From: Escherichia phage LM33_P1
Sequence record: NC_031937.1
DNA: 38,979 nt
Reading direction: 5' to 3' (one strand)
This document shows positions 35,993-38,979 of the stretch, piece by piece. Below the pieces are notes generated by a model that was given only the letters and a program-made list of their open reading frames with translations, did not search any database and was not told where the DNA came from. The translations under genes and the position numbers were made by a program. Every line of letters starts with the position of its first letter. The first letter of the stretch is position 1.

Positions 35993-36442
35993 ATGCTCGA
36001 ATTTTTAAAGAGAGCGGCTCCGTGGTTACTTGCAGCAGTGATGTTTGCTGGTGGCTACCACACCGCTAACAATAAGTGGGAGGCTAAGGTCAATGCAGAA
36101 TACACCTCGAATCTTAAGGCATCGGAAGATACAAGGCTTGCTGTCCAAGCTGAAGTCAACAAAGTGTCCAAACGGTTTCAGGACGAAATGTCCTCGCTGG
36201 AAGGCAGCACTGATAGGATTATTGCTGACCTTCAGTCTGACAATAAGCGGTTGCGCATCCGAGTCAAACCAACGAGTGGAACCACGCAAAGTGACGGTCG
36301 ATGCTTCATTGATGGTTACGCCGAACTTGACGAACGAGATGCTAAACGTCTTATCGCCATCGGAGTGAAAGGAGACAAGTGGATTAAGGCCCTTCAAGAC
36401 ACTGTGAGAGCCTTACAGCAAGAGAAGGAGGTGACGCATTGA
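35993..36442 (+). CDS. 18.5: Rz-like i-spanin
   Basis: Similarity to T7 gp18.5 (MLEFL....PW.LA...[30 protein letters not shown]...GD.WI.ALQDT.R.LQ). Confidence 0.8.
   Translation: MLEFLKRAAPWLLAAVMFAGGYHTANNKWEAKVNAEYTSNLKASEDTRLAVQAEVNKVSKRFQDEMSSLEGSTDRIIADLQSDNKRLRIRVKPTSGTTQSDGRCFIDGYAELDERDAKRLIAIGVKGDKWIKALQDTVRALQQEKEVTH
36093..36368 (+). CDS. 18.7: Rz1-like o-spanin lipoprotein embedded in +1 frame within Rz
   Basis: Embedded ORF encodes signal-like [15 protein letters not shown] with lipobox-like ISGC and C-terminal ..MV.PNLT.EMLNV; start codon uncertain. Confidence 0.55.
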   Translation: MQNTPRILRHRKIQGLLSKLKSTKCPNGFRTKCPRWKAALIGLLLTFSLTISGCASESNQRVEPRKVTVDASLMVTPNLTNEMLNVLSPSE

Positions 36443-38202
36443 GTAAAGACTTAGTGGCGCGTCAGGCGCTAATGACTGCACGTATGAAGTCAGACTTCGT
36501 GTTCTTCCTGTTCGTCCTGTGGAAAGCTCTGTCGCTCCCAGTCCCGACTCGCTGTCAGATTGACATGGCGAAGAAACTATCGGCTGGGGACAACAGGCGC
36601 TTCATCCTACAGGCGTTCCGTGGTATAGGGAAGTCCTTCATTACGTGTGCCTTCGTTGTCTGGAAGCTATGGAACAACCCAGACTTGAAGTTCATGATTG
36701 TGTCGGCCTCAAAGGAGCGAGCCGATGCTAACTCCATCTTCATCAAGCGAATCATCGACCTCATGCCTCAGCTTCAGGAACTCAAACCTAAGCAGGGACA
36801 GCGAGATGCGGTTATTAGCTTCGACGTGGGACCTGCCAAGCCAGACCACTCACCTTCGGTTAAGTCCGTTGGTATCACTGGTCAGTTGACTGGTAGTCGT
36901 GCTGACATCCTGATTGCCGATGACGTGGAGGTTCCGAACAACTCAGCGACTCAGGCTGCACGAGACCGTCTATCAGAGCTTGTGAAAGAGTTCGACGCTA
37001 TCCTGAAGCCGGGAGGTACGATCATCTATCTGGGTACTCCTCAGAACGAGATGACCCTGTACCGTGAGCTGGAAGGTCGTGGGTACACCACTACTATCTG
37101 GCCCGCTCGTTATCCACGCGACAGGAAGGACTGGCAGTCTTACGGCGACCGTCTGGCTCCTATGCTTCAGGAAGAGCTGGAAGAGGACCCTGAGTCCTTC
37201 TACTGGCGTCCGACTGATGAAGTACGCTTCGATGATACGGACCTGAAGGAACGTGAGCTGTCCTACGGTAAAGCTGGCTTCGCTCTACAGTTCATGCTTA
37301 ACCCGAACCTGAGTGATGCCGAGAAGTACCCTCTTAAGCTCCGTGACCTTATCGTAGCCGACTTGGACCCAGCGTCCAGCCCAATGGTCTACCAATGGTT
37401 GCCGAACCCTCAGAACAAGCGTGAGGACGTTCCTAACGTTGGACTCATGGGTGACTCGTACCACACGTATCAGACTGTAGGTTCTGCCTTCAGCTCATAC
37501 ACCCAGAAGATTCTGGTCATTGACCCTAGTGGTCGTGGTAAGGATGAAACTGGATATGCGGTACTGTACCAGCTCAACGGCTACATCTTCGCTATGGAAG
37601 TTGGTGGCATGCGTGGTGGTTATGAAGACTCTACGCTGGAAGCCTTGGCTAAGATTGGTCGTAAGTGGAGGGTCAACGAATACGTCATTGAGGGTAACTT
37701 CGGTGATGGTATGTACCTTGAGTTATTCAAGCCTGTAGCTGCCCGTATCCATCCTGCTGCTGTAACTGAAGTGAAGAGTAAGGGTCAGAAAGAACTCCGC
37801 ATCTGTGACGTTCTGGAGCCTATCATGGGGTCTCACAGACTTATCGTTAACGCTGCCGCTATCGTCCAAGACTACCAGTCAGCCTCTGATAAGGATGGTG
37901 TTCGTAACCCTATCTACTCTCTCTTCTACCAGATGACTCGTATCTCTCGTGAACGTGGAGCATTGGCACATGATGACCGACTTGATGCGCTGGCTATCGG
38001 TGTACAGTTCTTCGTTGAGTCGATGGCTAAGGATGCCAACAAAGGCGAACGTGAAGTCACTGAGGAGTGGCTGGAGGAACAGATGGAGAACCCACGGAAA
38101 GGCTTCGAGTCCATCCACACTGAGTTCTGGGACAATGGGGTCCGGGTAACTCACGATACGGACGACGAGCTTGGACTAGGGTCATACGTTACGTTCCACT
38201 AG
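36439..38202 (+). CDS. 19: Terminase large subunit
   Basis: Extensive similarity to T7 gp19 ([83 protein letters not shown]); apparent TTG start 5 nt after AAGGAGGTGA. Confidence 0.93.
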   Translation: MSKDLVARQALMTARMKSDFVFFLFVLWKALSLPVPTRCQIDMAKKLSAGDNRRFILQAFRGIGKSFITCAFVVWKLWNNPDLKFMIVSASKERADANSIFIKRIIDLMPQLQELKPKQGQRDAVISFDVGPAKPDHSPSVKSVGITGQLTGSRADILIADDVEVPNNSATQAARDRLSELVKEFDAILKPGGTIIYLGTPQNEMTLYRELEGRGYTTTIWPARYPRDRKDWQSYGDRLAPMLQEELEEDPESFYWRPTDEVRFDDTDLKERELSYGKAGFALQFMLNPNLSDAEKYPLKLRDLIVADLDPASSPMVYQWLPNPQNKREDVPNVGLMGDSYHTYQTVGSAFSSYTQKILVIDPSGRGKDETGYAVLYQLNGYIFAMEVGGMRGGYEDSTLEALAKIGRKWRVNEYVIEGNFGDGMYLELFKPVAARIHPAAVTEVKSKGQKELRICDVLEPIMGSHRLIVNAAAIVQDYQSASDKDGVRNPIYSLFYQMTRISRERGALAHDDRLDALAIGVQFFVESMAKDANKGEREVTEEWLEEQMENPRKGFESIHTEFWDNGVRVTHDTDDELGLGSYVTFH

Positions 38203-38212
38203 CTGAATGAAT

Positions 38213-38260
38213 AACTATAGGTGAAAGCTGCATTAATAAGCAGCTAGTAACCTATAGTTA
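38213..38260. repeat. Nested palindrome (outer 10-bp AACTATAGGT/ACCTATAGTT, inner 6-bp AGCTGC/GCAGCT) after terminase gene
   Basis: Perfect inverted repeats read directly; arms contain promoter-core-like ACTATAGG. Confidence 0.7.
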
Positions 38261-38296
38261 CTACCAGTCTAACATACTGTTTTACAAGGAGTTTGG

Positions 38297-38319
38297 ACTT
38301 AACTATCACTATAGGGAAG
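38297..38319 (+). promoter_or_regulatory. Phage RNAP promoter (GACTTAACTATCACTATAGGGAAG), right-end promoter analogous to T7 phiOR
   Basis: Consensus match. Confidence 0.7.
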
Positions 38320-38499
38320 ACCCCCGGTTACTTATAGTATTACTATAGTGAATATACATATGCAGACTTTATGCAAGACCTTAGGAGGCAGACTCCGAGT
38401 TCTTACCTAAGGCTTGCACCGATGGAAGGAGGGTGATATTAATCATAATCCCTCCAATACAGATAGTCACCGACCATAGATACAGGAGGTATGTAGCAT

Positions 38500-38658
38500 A
38501 TGGCAAAGACCAAAGCTGTACTTAAAGCTCTGGCGACCAATCGAGCTACATACAGGTTTCTTACTGCTGTTCTACTTGCTGCTGGCGTTACTGCTGGAAG
38601 TCAGTGGGTCGGGTGGGTCGAGACTCTCGTATGTTCTCTGGTCTCTCAGTGTAATTAA
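38500..38658 (+). CDS. Small hydrophobic protein (52 aa) in the gene 19.5 position
   Basis: ATG 9 nt after AGGAGGT; below the ORF-track cutoff. Confidence 0.4.
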   Translation: MAKTKAVLKALATNRATYRFLTAVLLAAGVTAGSQWVGWVETLVCSLVSQCN

Positions 38659-38694
38659 CGCAATCATGATAACAATCAACGAAAGGAGGTAGGG

Positions 38695-38763
38695 ATGGAC
38701 GAGGAGTCTTATGGGTCGTTCTCTGACGAAGATTATCAGACGGAGTGGGAATACGCGCATTGA
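38695..38763 (+). CDS. Possible acidic mini-protein (22 aa)
   Basis: ATG 5 nt after AAAGGAGGT; MDEESYGSFSDEDYQTEWEYAH. Confidence 0.25.
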   Translation: MDEESYGSFSDEDYQTEWEYAH

Positions 38764-38767
38764 AGAC

Positions 38768-38935
38768 CTAAGGTCAGTTCATAGCTGACGCTACTCTACT
38801 GACCTTAGCTACTGTAGTCAAGGACTTTAGGTAACACCTTAAGAGAAGCTCACTTAGGGTCATCCTACTTATTGGTCTATCCTAGTGTCGCCTGACCTAC
38901 GGTCCTTGACCTACAGTGGCTGTGGCCTACAGTAG
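38768..38935. repeat. Right-end region with 10-bp inverted repeat (CTAAGGTCAG/CTGACCTTAG) and CCTACAGT/CCTACGGT direct repeats
   Basis: Same CCTACAGT motif as the left-end array; window ends ...CATCTCACAC resembling the T7 terminal-repeat start TCTCACAG. Confidence 0.5.
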
Positions 38936-38979
38936 TGACGATGAGTTTTGGACAAAAAGTTTGAGACCACATCTCACAC

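Noticed and set aside
38572-38760. Minus-strand 62-aa ORF near the right end
   Set aside because: Opposite to the uniform transcription direction, overlaps two small plus-strand ORFs that have strong RBSs, and lacks its own signals.

Overview
This window is essentially a complete T7-like lytic podophage genome (Autographiviridae/Studiervirinae-type), with every recognisable gene on the + strand in canonical T7 order. Gene calls rest on protein similarity recalled from memory against T7 proteins plus synteny; no database search was possible. Order: left-end repeat array and host sigma70 early promoters; early genes (Ocr-like 0.3 and several small unknown ORFs, no 0.7 kinase homolog); single-subunit RNA polymerase (gene 1); DNA metabolism (1.1, 1.2, ligase 1.3, 1.6, 1.7, gp2, SSB 2.5, endonuclease I, amidase 3.5, primase-helicase 4, DNA polymerase 5, 5.5, 5.7, exonuclease 6); structural genes (6.5, 6.7, 7, 7.3, portal 8, scaffold 9, capsid 10A with -1 frameshift extension 10B, tail tubular 11 and 12, internal virion proteins 13-16, tail fibre 17); then holin, terminase small subunit, Rz/Rz1 and terminase large subunit. 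Eleven phage-RNAP promoters share the consensus CTAAACTATCACTATAGGGA, a T-phi-like terminator follows the capsid gene, and two families of conserved RNase III-type hairpins punctuate the transcripts. Most notable: (1) the RNAP reading frame is interrupted by an in-frame TGA inside a perfect 17-nt tandem repeat; (2) a tRNA-like element sits under a phage promoter just upstream of gene 4; (3) an HNH endonuclease ORF follows the DNA polymerase gene; (4) the tail fibre is mosaic, with a T7-like N-terminus fused to a lower-GC beta-helix-type C-terminal module carrying a G8 tract; (5) several accessory ORFs of unknown function lie at positions where T7 has other or no genes. No integrase, CRISPR array or lysogeny functions were seen.
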